64,000 nucleotides of DNA. It comes from Octopus bimaculoides (taxonomy: Eukaryota). A program made the translations under genes and the position numbers. The stretch spans positions 101,316,823-101,380,822 of the forward strand of contig NC_068981.1 of the NCBI RefSeq assembly GCF_001194135.2. Reading direction: 5' to 3'. The notes beneath the pieces are model-generated. The model was not told the DNA's origin, did no database searches, and saw nothing but the letters and a program-made list of their open reading frames with translations. Below are positions 62,966 to 64,000 of this stretch, one piece after another. Within the stretch, counting starts at the first letter, position 1. Every line of letters begins with the position of its first letter.

Positions 62966-63265
62966 TTGGGGAAATTTCGAACCTGGATTCTCATTCCTAA
63001 GGTATTTTTCGATATTATTATTATTGTTGTTGTTGTTGTTGTTGTTGTTCACTGCCTGGAATCAAACTCGGAATCTTAGGGCTAGTAGCCCACACTCTTA
63101 ACCACTACACCATATGCCCATGGGCATATGGTGTAGTGGTTAGGAGTGCGGGCTACTAACCCCAAGATTCCAAGTTTGATTCCAGGCAGTGACCTGAATA
63201 ATAATAATAATAATAACATTGAAAAATACTTTAGGAATGAGAACACCGGTTCGAAATTTCCCCAA

Positions 63266-63312
63266 GATATCTGATGATGATTGAAGGGGATATCAGCCGA
63301 AACGGTGTGCTA
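63266..63312 (+). ncRNA. Hammerhead ribozyme motif (right arm), core intact, cleavage triplet mutated
   Basis: gatat-CTGATGA(63271-77)-...tcagcc-GAAAC(63299-63303)-ggt-gtgct. Confidence 0.55.
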
Positions 63313-63893
63313 ACAACAAACAAGATGAGGACAAATATCTGTCAAATGTAAATAATGTACATAATTCCTCAGCTTAAATATAGCACTGTGTAATCTAAAT
63401 AGTCTGATATTGAGGACAGAGGCATAGCTGTGAGGTTAAGAAGTTTGGTTCAAGTTAGGGGTTTGATCCCACTGTGAGCCATTTCCATACCAAAGCTTTA
63501 TGCGTGTTGTCTGAAAGACAGAAACTGTTGCACATATATGTGTGTGTGAAGGTATATAACCTAGTGCTTAGGGTGTTGCACTCTTGGTCACAAGATCATG
63601 CTTGCTTTTGATTCCCAGATTGACAGTGCAGTGCATACTTGAACAAAACCACTTCATTTCACTTTGCCACATTTCCACTGCTCTAACTCTTCGAAACGCT
63701 TAGTTTTAGAATGGTGGCAGCTGATGAAGGAAATGTTCTCTATGTGGCCTGTGTGTTTTCTGTACTCTGTTTATCATTTTGTCCACATTTTTTTTTAAAC
63801 ATCCTGCACCCAGATATGCATCTATATATACATGTAGATGCAGGTATGTACATACATGCACGTATATATGCATATACTCATTTATTATTTGTA

Positions 63894-63948
<55 letters not shown>

Positions 63949-64000
63949 TATATATATAGACATACATACACACACACACACACATATATATATTTATATA

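Larger units (their letters stand above)
62875..63359. mobile_element. Spacerless palindrome of two head-to-head tRNA-headed, hammerhead-bearing units
   Basis: Centre catatgccca|tgggcatatg at 63120/63121, arms of 246 and 239 nt. Each arm has a tRNA-like head, an (AAT/AAC)n tract and a hammerhead-like motif. Confidence 0.85.

Noticed and set aside
63690-63735. GAAAC upstream of CTGATGA (possible type II hammerhead)
   Set aside because: Stem I cannot form and stem III has only 2 bp.

Overview
AT-rich, repeat-dense animal genomic DNA with four assembly gaps. It is most likely a coleoid cephalopod, probably Octopus, inferred only from the SINE/RTE/microsatellite landscape. Two convergent spliced genes are supported. 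A CHMP4/Snf7 (ESCRT-III) gene lies on the + strand, with four coding exons at 29001-48444; coding exon 1 was not found. A DHRS4-like SDR lies on the - strand, with its last four coding exons at 61357-52543; the upstream exons are probably beyond 64000. The rest is intronic or intergenic and filled with RTE, L2/Crack-like and CRE-like LINE relics, mariner, hAT, Chapaev-like and Helitron relics, TTAA MITEs and tRNA-headed SINEs, plus a CpG-decayed tRNA-Asp pseudogene. The most interesting signal is three unrelated small elements carrying minimal type I hammerhead ribozyme motifs: (1) a spacerless ~485-bp palindrome of two head-to-head tRNA-headed, hammerhead-bearing units (62875-63359); (2) a 358-bp retrozyme-like unit bounded by 42-bp direct repeats (42340-42739); (3) a very young Penelope-like inverted repeat containing a hammerhead with a long stem II (42944-43546). 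Folding and identities were worked out by eye; no databases were searched.
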